Of a stretch of DNA of 63,019 nucleotides, positions 42,240 to 51,680 are shown piece after piece (positions within the stretch are counted from its first letter, which is position 1; each line of letters opens with the position of its first letter). Where the stretch lies: IMG/VR virus record IMGVR_UViG_3300012855_000002, positions 1 to 63,019 of that record; one strand, written 5' to 3'. The notes under the pieces are model-generated. The model saw nothing but the letters and a program-made list of their open reading frames with translations, made no database searches and was not told the DNA's origin. Made by a program: the position numbers and the translations under genes. The DNA comes from a virus. Its lineage: Duplodnaviria > Caudoviricetes.

Positions 42240-45200
42240 GTGGACATTGCAGAACTCGGATACAAGATCCAGTCGCAAGATGCCGTCACGGCGGAGCGCC
42301 GGCTGGATCGGCTGGAAGGAACCTCCACGCGGCTGGAAACCCGTGTCGGTAGCCTTGTGCGGTCTGTCGGCGCCCTTGGTGCAGCGTTCGGTGCGGCCTT
42401 CTCGCTGTCTGCCTCCATTGCGCAGGCCCGGCAGCTCGACGCGGCAATCGGTGAGCTTTCCACGCTGATCCCCGGAATGACGCGCGACCTGGAGGCCATG
42501 ACCGCGGCTTCTTCGGCGTTCGGCGCATCGTTCGGCACGGGCTCGCGCGCCCAGGCGCAGGCCTTCTATGCCGCTGTGTCGGCCGGTGCGACCGATAGCG
42601 CCACGGCCATCGCTCGTGTGGATGCAGCGAACCGCCTGGCTATCGGCGGCGCTGCCGAGCTGACCGGCTCGATTGCGATCCTCAACGCCGCGACGAACGC
42701 TTATGCGGATGAAAACCTGTCCGCGGCGGATGCTTCGGATATCCTCTTCACAGGTGTTCGGACTGGCGTCACGACGATCAATGAATTGTCCGCCGGTCTT
42801 GGCCGCGCGATCCCGATCGCGAGCGCCCTGGGTATCGGTCTTGATGAACTGGTCGGCGGTGTCGCAGCCCTGACGACGCAAGGCCAGAGCACCGAGCTTG
42901 CGGTGACGGGCATCCGGGCTGCGCTGAACGCCACCCTGCAGCCGTCGCAACAGGCCGCGGATCTGGCCAATCAGCTGGGCATCTCCTTCAACTCGGCTGC
43001 CGTGCAGTCCATGGGCTTCCTGCGCTTCATGCAGCATGTCGCCGAACGCACGGGCGGCAACCGGGACGCGCTGACCACACTGTTCGGATCGGTGGAGGCT
43101 GGAACCGCTGTCCTGTCCTTCGCCGGCCAGGGCGGCCAGCGCTTTGCAGCGATCATGGACGAAATGGCCAATCGCGCCGGGGCGGCCGATGAAGCCTATG
43201 AGCACATGGCACAGCGCCTTTCGACGCGCTGGAATGTGATCGTCGCAACGGCCGGTCGCCGTGCCGAAGAGTTTGGCGGCGTCCTGCTGTCTGGCGTCGT
43301 TCCCGCGCTGGAAGAGGTCATCAAGGTTCTGGACGGTGCGGAAGACGCTTCGCTCGCCCTGGAAGCGGCCATGAAGGCGGCGGCGGTGACGGCAGGCGTA
43401 CTGCTTGTCCAGTCCGTCGGAAGCGCCGCGGCGGCAATGGTGGCGGCGTCGGCTTCGACGGGCATCTGGTGGACGGCCTTGCAGCTTCTGACGGTCCAGG
43501 GCGGCGCGACCATCGTCATGACGCAGGCGCTCGGTGCAGCTGTCCGCTTCGCACTCGGTCCCATCGGCTTGATGATTACGCTGATCGGCGGATTGACCGC
43601 GGCGTGGCTGACACACCGAGACGCCGGGCAGCGCGCGCGGGACGAATACACGCGACTGTACGAGCTTCAGGAGCAGCTTCGCGGGCAGTCCGGCAATCTT
43701 GCTGATCTGACCCTGCAACAGGCGCAGGCCCGGCTTGTGGATGCTCGCGCGACCCGGCAGCAGGTTCTGGAGCAATACCGCCTGACACAGGCTCGCGTGG
43801 TCGAGGCCCGCAGCGCACTTGAAGCCGCCCAGAACCGTGGCGGCCCGGCGCGCGACCGCCTGCTTTATGTCGACCGCGCTCGCGCCGCATTGGAGGCCGC
43901 GGAGATTGCGGCCCGCGATGCCCGGGAGCTTCTGACCGGTGCCAGTGGCGAAACCTCTGCGCTTGAGCGCCGGATTCAGGCTTTGCGCGCGTCCCTGACA
44001 GACGGCACGACCGAAACCGTCACATCCAGCCTGAACCTGACGGAAGCCGCGAAGGAATATGACCGCGTTGTCGAAGGGCTCCAGCGATCCATTACGGAGC
44101 TCCAGGCTGCCCGGGGGATTGAACGCGAGATCGTATCGAACCTCATGGCGGCCGGGCTCTCGCCGGACGATCGCACGTCAGCCGCCGCGCGCCGCGTGGT
44201 CGAGCTCACCGAAGCGCTGGCGTCAGCGAACGACTCCGATGTCCTCGCCGACTTCAACCGCGACATGGCCAGCCAGAATCTTCTGCTCCGGGTCAATGAG
44301 CGCCAGAGGGAATCCCTGCGCATCGTCCTCGCCTTGGAAGGCAAAACCCTTGGCGATCTGACCGCGGCGGAACGCATGGCAATCATGACGCGGGTCGAGC
44401 ACAACCAGGCCCTTGAGGATCAACGCGCAATCCTCGACGAAATCCAGCGGCCGGCAGAGCAGTATCGCTCGACCATCGCGGCGATTACGGCGCTCCTGGC
44501 GCAAGGAACTATCTCGCAGGAGATGTTCAATCAGCGTCTTCGCGAAGCGCAATCGAACATGCTGCAGGCCAGCGTCGATAGCGGAGAGGCGTCGTGGATC
44601 GACGGAATTCTCGCAGGCCTCGACCAGATTGCGATGAAGTCGACGAATGTTGCCGCGGTGATGCGGGACACTTTCTCGTCTGTCTTCTCGACCATCAGCA
44701 GCGGCGTTGGCAATGCGATCGGACGCGCCATCGTATATGCGGAGGATCTGGGCGACGCGCTCTTGAATGTTGCCGCAACGGCGGTTTCCCAACTGATATC
44801 TTCTTTCGTCGAGCTGGGCATTCAATGGCTGGTCAATCAGGCCATCGGACAGTCTGTTGCCGCTGCTGCAACGGCCGCATCCATAGCTCAAGCGACCACT
44901 GTCGCGGCGGCCTGGGCGCCGGCGGCGGCGGCCGTGTCGCTCGCCAGCTTCGGCGCGAACGCGGTGCCTGCGATGGCCGGAATGTCTGCCGCCTTCGCCT
45001 TGTCGTCCGCCCTTTCGGCATTCGGCGGCCTGCCCGGCCTCAATTCCGGCGGTTCTATCATGATCGGCGGAAATTCTGGCATCGACCAGAACCTGCTCTC
45101 GATCAACGGGGCTCCGGTTGCGCGCGTCGGCCAGGGTGAGCGGATCGATGTCATCCCGCGCAGCGCGGCAAACGACATGGGCGCGAACGACCGGGGTCGC

Positions 45201-45371
45201 ACTGTCATCGTTGCAGATATGCGCGGCGCGCTGATCACCCGTGAGGCCTTCCAGGATGTGCAGCGCCTAGCTGTGTCCACGAGCGCTCGCGTCGAGGAAA
45301 TGGACGCCGACTTCGATAACCGCGTTGTGCGCGGACAGGTCGAGCGCAATCAGTTGGGGTATGGCGGATAA
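42240..45371 (+). CDS. Tail tape measure protein
   Basis: 1043 aa, Ala-rich helical; MDIA.LG N-terminus; TP901-type core (A...Y.AVSAG, G.TT..EL, LFGSVEA). Confidence 0.93.
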   Translation: MDIAELGYKIQSQDAVTAERRLDRLEGTSTRLETRVGSLVRSVGALGAAFGAAFSLSASIAQARQLDAAIGELSTLIPGMTRDLEAMTAASSAFGASFGTGSRAQAQAFYAAVSAGATDSATAIARVDAANRLAIGGAAELTGSIAILNAATNAYADENLSAADASDILFTGVRTGVTTINELSAGLGRAIPIASALGIGLDELVGGVAALTTQGQSTELAVTGIRAALNATLQPSQQAADLANQLGISFNSAAVQSMGFLRFMQHVAERTGGNRDALTTLFGSVEAGTAVLSFAGQGGQRFAAIMDEMANRAGAADEAYEHMAQRLSTRWNVIVATAGRRAEEFGGVLLSGVVPALEEVIKVLDGAEDASLALEAAMKAAAVTAGVLLVQSVGSAAAAMVAASASTGIWWTALQLLTVQGGATIVMTQALGAAVRFALGPIGLMITLIGGLTAAWLTHRDAGQRARDEYTRLYELQEQLRGQSGNLADLTLQQAQARLVDARATRQQVLEQYRLTQARVVEARSALEAAQNRGGPARDRLLYVDRARAALEAAEIAARDARELLTGASGETSALERRIQALRASLTDGTTETVTSSLNLTEAAKEYDRVVEGLQRSITELQAARGIEREIVSNLMAAGLSPDDRTSAAARRVVELTEALASANDSDVLADFNRDMASQNLLLRVNERQRESLRIVLALEGKTLGDLTAAERMAIMTRVEHNQALEDQRAILDEIQRPAEQYRSTIAAITALLAQGTISQEMFNQRLREAQSNMLQASVDSGEASWIDGILAGLDQIAMKSTNVAAVMRDTFSSVFSTISSGVGNAIGRAIVYAEDLGDALLNVAATAVSQLISSFVELGIQWLVNQAIGQSVAAAATAASIAQATTVAAAWAPAAAAVSLASFGANAVPAMAGMSAAFALSSALSAFGGLPGLNSGGSIMIGGNSGIDQNLLSINGAPVARVGQGERIDVIPRSAANDMGANDRGRTVIVADMRGALITREAFQDVQRLAVSTSARVEEMDADFDNRVVRGQVERNQLGYGG

Positions 45372-46033
45372 TGGCGACACCGAAGGAATTTCCGGCGCTG
45401 ACATATCTGTCCAACGCCTCATTCGACATCATGCGGTTTCAGCAGGCCGACGATCAGGCGGGCGGGCTGGGACAGACCATGGAGCCGTTCGATCCCTATT
45501 GGGTCGGGTCCTATGAGTTTGCGGGCTTCCCCACCCGGCAGACGCGCGATACGTGGCACGGCTTCCTGCGGTCCCTGCGCGGCGTTCTGATCCCGGTTCT
45601 GGCATTCGATCCGAACCGCCGTGTCCCGCTGGACTACTATGACGATGCTGGCCGGCCGCTGGCATCTGGAAGCCCTTGGGGCTCGCCTGTCGTGGCGGAC
45701 TATGACCGGGCAGCCTCCACCTTCGATCTGGAGGGCATGACGGCCAGCCAGCAGCTCTATGCCGGCGACTATATCAGCTTCCAGGACACGGCTGACCGAT
45801 GGCATCTGCACGCGCTCACGGAAGACGTGCAGGCCGATGGCTCTGGTGACGTGACGGTGACTGTGGAGCCGCGCCCGGCGCGCGGGCTGACCCACGGCGG
45901 GGCATCGGTTCGGATGCGCGATGCGTGTTGCCAGTCCATCGTTCTCTGGAACGTGGAAGACTTCCGTTTCGGTGCGAGCAACGGGTCGCCGTTCACGATC
46001 AGAACCGAACAGCGTGTGAAGGGCTTTATCTGA
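45371..46033 (+). CDS. Distal tail protein
   Basis: Immediately after the tape measure gene; TAATG coupling. Confidence 0.65.
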   Translation: MATPKEFPALTYLSNASFDIMRFQQADDQAGGLGQTMEPFDPYWVGSYEFAGFPTRQTRDTWHGFLRSLRGVLIPVLAFDPNRRVPLDYYDDAGRPLASGSPWGSPVVADYDRAASTFDLEGMTASQQLYAGDYISFQDTADRWHLHALTEDVQADGSGDVTVTVEPRPARGLTHGGASVRMRDACCQSIVLWNVEDFRFGASNGSPFTIRTEQRVKGFI

Positions 46034-46707
46034 TGGCGCGATCCTTCGACAGCACGACGCAGGCCCTGCTTGAGAGCGGAAACGTCCAATTCCGCTACCT
46101 CGCGAAGCTGGAACTGTCCTCGACATGGCGTCTCGGCAATCACACGCCGGGTGAATACATCGCATGGGACGAACAGAACTGGCTGGGTGTCGGTCAACTG
46201 GCACAGATCGGGGATCTTCGCACGGCTTCCGGCCTGGCAGCGGATCAGCTCACCATCACCGTGGACGCCTCGCTCCTGACTGAAGCACTGGAAGACTATG
46301 ACGGCGAAACATCGGCCCTGCGCGATGCCTTGCGCGAGGACATGGTGAACCGCCGCTTCGAGCTTTGGGAGCTGTACGAGAACCCGGCGACCGGCGTTGC
46401 GACGCGCGCCATCAAGCAATTCGCCGGCCCCATCGAGAGCAAGGTTCTCGATCTGAAATCTGGCAAAGTCACGATCAAGGTTCGCTCGAACCGGCAAGCT
46501 CTGGGCTGGGCAACCGGCCGTTCACGATCTGATGCAGATCAGCAGCGAGTAAAGGCCGGAGACCGATCGCTTCGCCACGCCTCCAAGGTGGCGGCTCGAA
46601 ACGGCAAGTTGCCAGTTGGCTACAATCCCAGTCAGTCCGGAACCCGCAATACCGGAGGCGGCGGAAGTCGTCGCCCTGGCGGCGGCGGAAACCTGCAAGC
46701 CTACTAG
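46033..46707 (+). CDS. Baseplate hub / tail tip protein
   Basis: W.GVG.L..I, RS.ADQQ....GD motifs; position. Confidence 0.65.
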   Translation: MARSFDSTTQALLESGNVQFRYLAKLELSSTWRLGNHTPGEYIAWDEQNWLGVGQLAQIGDLRTASGLAADQLTITVDASLLTEALEDYDGETSALRDALREDMVNRRFELWELYENPATGVATRAIKQFAGPIESKVLDLKSGKVTIKVRSNRQALGWATGRSRSDADQQRVKAGDRSLRHASKVAARNGKLPVGYNPSQSGTRNTGGGGSRRPGGGGNLQAY

Positions 46708-46718
46708 GGGCAATCATC

Positions 46719-47144
46719 ATGATCGAAGCGCTGCCGCGCCTTCCGAAATGGAGGGCGCGTTTTTCGTCGTACCTCATCGAAGTCGCCGGCAAGCCGTTCG
46801 AATGGGGCGCCCATGACTGCGCTCTGCACCCGGCAGACGGCGTTCTGGCCATCACGGGCGTTGACCTCGCTGCGGACTTCCGCGGCCGCTACACGACCGA
46901 GATTGGCGCCGCAAAGGCCCTTAAGCGCCATGGGTCCGGCGATCTGGCTTCCACCTTCGCCGCGAAGATGCCGGAGATCGATCCGGCTGGCGCCCGTGTC
47001 GGCGATGTCGTGATCTTCGACGGCCCGTTCGGCGAGACCGGCGGGCTTCGTCTTCCCTCCTGCATTTCCGCGATCACGCCTGTCGGGCGCCGTTCCTACG
47101 GCCTCGATCTGGTGACGCGCGCCTTCCAAGTCGGGGTCCGCTAA
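46719..47144 (+). CDS. NlpC/P60-like tail tip assembly protein
   Basis: PF.WG.HDC....AD.V.AITG.D....FRG.Y, A..GDV. Confidence 0.75.
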   Translation: MIEALPRLPKWRARFSSYLIEVAGKPFEWGAHDCALHPADGVLAITGVDLAADFRGRYTTEIGAAKALKRHGSGDLASTFAAKMPEIDPAGARVGDVVIFDGPFGETGGLRLPSCISAITPVGRRSYGLDLVTRAFQVGVR

Positions 47145-50100
47145 TGCCTCCTGTTGCAATTGCCATCGGCGCCGCGGTTGTCGGGGCCGCTGTCGCCGTT
47201 TCGGCGATGCGCGCAAAGCTCAAGACACCGAAGGCCGAGGATGTAGATCGTGGCTATGAGCTGTCGCGCAAGCTGGATTCCAACTATCCGCGCGAGATCG
47301 CGGTGGGCAAGTTCGCGACGGGCGGTTCCGGTGTCTACGACACGGTTTCCGGTGCCGAGAACAAGTATGTATGGCGCGTCACGGCCATCTCTGACTATGA
47401 GATCACTTCCCTCGACGAAATCTGGATCGATGGCCAGAAGGTCACGCTTTCCGGCGACCCCCTAACGGGCTGGGTCAACGTCACCGATCACCTGACGAAA
47501 GAGAACGGCGACCCGACGATCCGGTTCCGGATCATGAAAGGGACCGAAGGTCAGGCCCTGGATAGCGAGCTGGCCGCAGCGGCCGGGCCGGGCTCCTTCG
47601 GTGGCCAGCTGACGGCATCCGACACGTTCGCAGGCATGGCGATTGCGATCATGCGCTGGGAACACAGCCCGGACGACAATATCACGTCCGAGCCCAGCCA
47701 GATCGTCTATGTCGGCGAGGGCGCACCGGTCCATGACCCGCGGGACGAAACCAGCGATCCGGATGACCCATCCACATGGTCGCGCACGTCGGATGCGCGT
47801 TTCAACCCTGCCCTGATCGCAGCCCAGGCCATCCGTGGATGGAAGCGCGGCGGCGAAGTCGTGGTTGGTGCCCACGGCATCGTCACGGCCGACATACCGG
47901 AAGCGGCCCTGGGCGATGCGGCCGATATCTGTGACGAGGAAATCGAGACCGACGAAGGCACCGAAGCCCGCTACCGCTGCGGCGGCATGATCCGCATGGA
48001 CCCGAAAAACGGCATTCGGCCTTCTCTCGAAAAGGTCATGGCCGCGATGGACGGAGACCTTGTCGAGAACGGCGGCGAGTTCACCATCCTTGCCGGTGTC
48101 GAGCGCGTCGCAGCCAATCACTACGACCTCGCATCCATCGGCGGGCGAATCCTGTCCTTCGACGAACACGGCGCGGCGACCAATCGCTACAATGAAACCG
48201 CATGCTCCTTCGTGGACCCAGATTCCGCTTGGGAGATGCAGGATCTTCCGGCCTACAAGCCCGCGGCCCACCTCACGGCAGACGAGAACCGTCATCGGGT
48301 CCAGGACATTGCTCTGGATTTCGTGTTCAGCAGGTTCCAGGCGACCCGTATCCAGAAATCCAAGCATGAACGCTCTCGCCTGTTTGCGACGGCGACATTC
48401 GACCTACCGCTGATCGCCGAAGAAACGGAGCCCGGCGACTGGTTCACGGTCACGGATCGCCAGACCGGCCAGACCACGGCGGTATGGGAAGCCCAGACCG
48501 TTTCGCGCGTCAATTCACGCGACCGCGGCTGCCGTGTCATCATCCAGGCGCAAGGTATTGCTGTCGATCCGTGGGGCTGGGATCAAGACGACGCAGATGC
48601 TGTCGTGGTTCCGACGCCTCCGACCTATCCAATCGGCGAAGTCCCGGCGCCGGCCGTTCCCGTCCTGACACTCTCGGCAACGTCTGTCAGCGGTGGTGGC
48701 GCGACCTTCCCGGCGATTGTCGCGGCCTTCGAGGTCGCGGAAAGCCCGCTCGAAACCCACGTCGAGTTCGAATACTGGCCGACATCGGATGATACCGAGA
48801 TCCGCGGGGCGACATGTCTCAAGTCGGCCGGGCAGCGCGTTCTGATCGAAGGCGTCGCGCCTAGCACGGATTATCGGGTACGGGCGCGGCTGATCGGTGG
48901 AACCCGCGTTGGCCAATGGAGCGAGCCGAGCGCCGTCACGACATCGGCAGATTTCATCGCCAATGACGCCACGATCCCGTCCGGCCTCATCGAAGACGCG
49001 CGGGACGCGATCAATGACCGCCTGGAAGAGGCTGATGAGACGCTGGCAGATGCGGCCTCCCGGCTGGCAGGCCTCGGTGCCACTGCGGCTCACAACTCGC
49101 TCCTGAACTGGCTGGAAGACCCGCTCTTCCGCACCGGGACTGCTGGCTATGTCGCGGTTGAAGGCACGATCATGCCGATGGCCGGCACGCCGCGCGGTCT
49201 GGAGGCGTTCTGGAACTTCGGCGAGACCGGGGCGCAGGATACCAAGGTTTTGCGCTGGCCGGGCCGCAAGCCGGTAGCGAGCCAGGACTCAGTGCAGGCA
49301 TCGGTCGATATCGAGACGACGGGCTCTGTCTCCAGCGTGACGCTTCAAGCGGTCTGGTATGACGCTGCCGGAGACCTGCTTTCGACCTCGGACATCTACG
49401 CTGGCGACACCGGCCGTATCGGCGGTGTGGTTGCGGCCCCGGAAGACGCGGCACAAGTCGAAATCCGCATCGTCCCCACTGTTTCAGAGGCCGGCTACGG
49501 GTCTGTCCAGATCCACCGGCCCAAGGCGGCCTATGCGCTGCCCGGGCAGACGACCGCCGACCCGTTCGAGGATCCGGATAACGAGACCGTGTCCCGGATC
49601 GCTTCGCTTGAGCGCACCGTTGCCGGCATGGCGGAGTTTATCCGGTCGCTGCAGGTCGAGACCAGGCGCGGGCGCGCCGGGTTCCGGCAAAACGTCACGG
49701 GAATCGCAGACGCCAATGCCACGAGCCTTCAGTATTTCACGTCGCTTTCGAGCGATCTGACCTCGCTGGAGGGCAACGTCTATACGAAGGCCCAGGCGGA
49801 CGCTCTGTTCTTCACGTCCGCTGAAACCAATGCCGCTATTGCGGGTTTCGACCTATCGCTGAACACCAGCTTTTCAAACCTGGGCGACCGCGTTTCCGAT
49901 ATCGAGGGTGCTGGATACCTTACCGAAGCGACGGCCGACCTGCTCTTTATGACGTCTGCTGAAGTCGACAGTGCGATGGCGGCTTTCGATCTGTCGCTGA
50001 ACGCTACTTTCTCAAGCGTTGCCGACCGCGTCGGAGACCTCGAAACCGCAGGCTTCCTGACCGAAGCATCCGCTGATCTGCTGTTCATGACCTCCGCCGA

Positions 50101-51667
50101 GGTCGATAGTGCGATTTCGGTATTCGACCTTTCTTTGAATACAAGCTTCACCGACCTTTCAGATCGAGTGGGGACGCTGGAAGGCGCTGGCTATCTGACA
50201 GAGGCCGAGGCGAACCTCACCTTCCTCGCGCTGGCCGATGCAGAAGGCGCTTTCGCAGAGTTCGACCTCTCGCTGAATGCGCAGTTTTCGGCGCTGTCCG
50301 GTGATCTCGATACGCTCGAAGGCAACGTCTACACCAAGGCGGAAGCGGATGCGCTCTTCTTCACGTCTGCGGAGGTCGATAGCGCGATATCCGGCTTCGA
50401 TCTCTCGCTGAATGCGACATTCTCCGCCCTGGGCGACCGGGTAGATGTGATCGAGGCCGCCGGCTATCTCACCGAGGCTTCCGCCGATCTGCTGTTTATG
50501 ACGGCTGCCGAAACCAGTTCGGCAATCGCGGCCTTCGACCTGTCACTGAACGCCACGTTCACCGCCCTCTCGGACGACCTGTCGACCAACTACTACACCA
50601 AGGCGCAGGCTGATCTGGAGTTCACCACGCTCGCTGACGTGAACTCGGCGATCTCTACATTCAATCTCGCCAGCAATGCCAGCTTCAACACGCTGTCATC
50701 GTCGGTGTCGGTAAACGGGAGCGCCATCGCAAACATCGAGGGCAATCTTGAGTCCTCCTACGCCTTCACGCTGACCGCCGGCGACAAGATCGGTGGCATG
50801 GTGGCACTGAATGACGGGACAACCACGTCCGTCAATTTCGCCTTCGACTTCTTTGTCATCGAGGGTGTCGAGCGTTTCACCTTTGACACCGAAACGGGGA
50901 CCTTCGGCGCGCCCAATCTGGTCGTGGACACGATCACGGCCGGGTCTGTAACCGCGAATTCTATCGAGAGCGGTCAGCTTGGCACCCGGTCGGCTGCCTA
51001 TGTCGACGAACACGACTTCTGCACATCGACGGCGAGCACCACGGATCAGACCTCGCACTTCAACACGCTGACGCTGGACACCCCCGCGATCCCGGTGAAG
51101 CCGGGCTCCCAGCTCACGGCCAAGGTCGGTTACGAGATGTCCGGCCGGTATAACAGCTACGAGTATCTGTTCTTCCGGTCCCGTATCGAGCTCCGGGTGA
51201 CGCGCTCGGACGATACGGTCGTCACCTACACCCCGACGACCTGGCAGGAATCCGTCCACATCCACAAGACCACGTCGAATGTCGGCGGCGGTCCCAGCGT
51301 CGGGAACGACTATCAGGTCGAAGAGCAGTACGGAAAAGAGATCGTCTTCGTTCTGCCGACCTCCGGAACGCCTTTCGTCTATGGCGGCGAGCCGTTCAAG
51401 AAGATCGCCCTGCGCCTGATCATCGAGGCCTATTCCCCGCAGACCAGCGGGTCGCAATGCGTCTTCGGCTCGATCAGCAGCACGAAGATCAAGACGTACC
51501 AGAAGCTGCAGGACGTCCACGCGATCCTTGAGGCCGCGATCGACGGGCCCTTCGTCAACGTCGTGCAGCAGACCGTTTCTGGCTCAACCACCACCAGCGG
51601 CGGCACCGATGGCGCCGGCACTATCCCGACGATCGATTGGGAAGCCGGCGCGATCGTGATGCCATAG
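47144..51667 (+). CDS. Central tail tip / host-specificity protein (gpJ-like)
   Basis: 1507 aa; DPR, NPAL, AA..CDE, RY.C.G motifs; FnIII-like segment; internal ~46-aa repeats. Confidence 0.85.
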   Translation: MPPVAIAIGAAVVGAAVAVSAMRAKLKTPKAEDVDRGYELSRKLDSNYPREIAVGKFATGGSGVYDTVSGAENKYVWRVTAISDYEITSLDEIWIDGQKVTLSGDPLTGWVNVTDHLTKENGDPTIRFRIMKGTEGQALDSELAAAAGPGSFGGQLTASDTFAGMAIAIMRWEHSPDDNITSEPSQIVYVGEGAPVHDPRDETSDPDDPSTWSRTSDARFNPALIAAQAIRGWKRGGEVVVGAHGIVTADIPEAALGDAADICDEEIETDEGTEARYRCGGMIRMDPKNGIRPSLEKVMAAMDGDLVENGGEFTILAGVERVAANHYDLASIGGRILSFDEHGAATNRYNETACSFVDPDSAWEMQDLPAYKPAAHLTADENRHRVQDIALDFVFSRFQATRIQKSKHERSRLFATATFDLPLIAEETEPGDWFTVTDRQTGQTTAVWEAQTVSRVNSRDRGCRVIIQAQGIAVDPWGWDQDDADAVVVPTPPTYPIGEVPAPAVPVLTLSATSVSGGGATFPAIVAAFEVAESPLETHVEFEYWPTSDDTEIRGATCLKSAGQRVLIEGVAPSTDYRVRARLIGGTRVGQWSEPSAVTTSADFIANDATIPSGLIEDARDAINDRLEEADETLADAASRLAGLGATAAHNSLLNWLEDPLFRTGTAGYVAVEGTIMPMAGTPRGLEAFWNFGETGAQDTKVLRWPGRKPVASQDSVQASVDIETTGSVSSVTLQAVWYDAAGDLLSTSDIYAGDTGRIGGVVAAPEDAAQVEIRIVPTVSEAGYGSVQIHRPKAAYALPGQTTADPFEDPDNETVSRIASLERTVAGMAEFIRSLQVETRRGRAGFRQNVTGIADANATSLQYFTSLSSDLTSLEGNVYTKAQADALFFTSAETNAAIAGFDLSLNTSFSNLGDRVSDIEGAGYLTEATADLLFMTSAEVDSAMAAFDLSLNATFSSVADRVGDLETAGFLTEASADLLFMTSAEVDSAISVFDLSLNTSFTDLSDRVGTLEGAGYLTEAEANLTFLALADAEGAFAEFDLSLNAQFSALSGDLDTLEGNVYTKAEADALFFTSAEVDSAISGFDLSLNATFSALGDRVDVIEAAGYLTEASADLLFMTAAETSSAIAAFDLSLNATFTALSDDLSTNYYTKAQADLEFTTLADVNSAISTFNLASNASFNTLSSSVSVNGSAIANIEGNLESSYAFTLTAGDKIGGMVALNDGTTTSVNFAFDFFVIEGVERFTFDTETGTFGAPNLVVDTITAGSVTANSIESGQLGTRSAAYVDEHDFCTSTASTTDQTSHFNTLTLDTPAIPVKPGSQLTAKVGYEMSGRYNSYEYLFFRSRIELRVTRSDDTVVTYTPTTWQESVHIHKTTSNVGGGPSVGNDYQVEEQYGKEIVFVLPTSGTPFVYGGEPFKKIALRLIIEAYSPQTSGSQCVFGSISSTKIKTYQKLQDVHAILEAAIDGPFVNVVQQTVSGSTTTSGGTDGAGTIPTIDWEAGAIVMP
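49740..50700 (+). repeat. Seven ~138-bp coding tandem repeats in the tail tip gene
   Basis: FDLSLN motif recurs at ~49847, 49985, 50123, 50261, 50396 and 50534, degenerate at ~50660. Confidence 0.85.
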
Positions 51668-51680
51668 GAGACCTGCTCGA

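Noticed and set aside
42111-43775. 554-aa minus-strand ORF (and similar long ORFs at 19985..21451, 25237..26700, 29137..30156, 52974..53978)
   Set aside because: Antisense shadows of well-supported genes, expected from high-GC codon bias; no motifs
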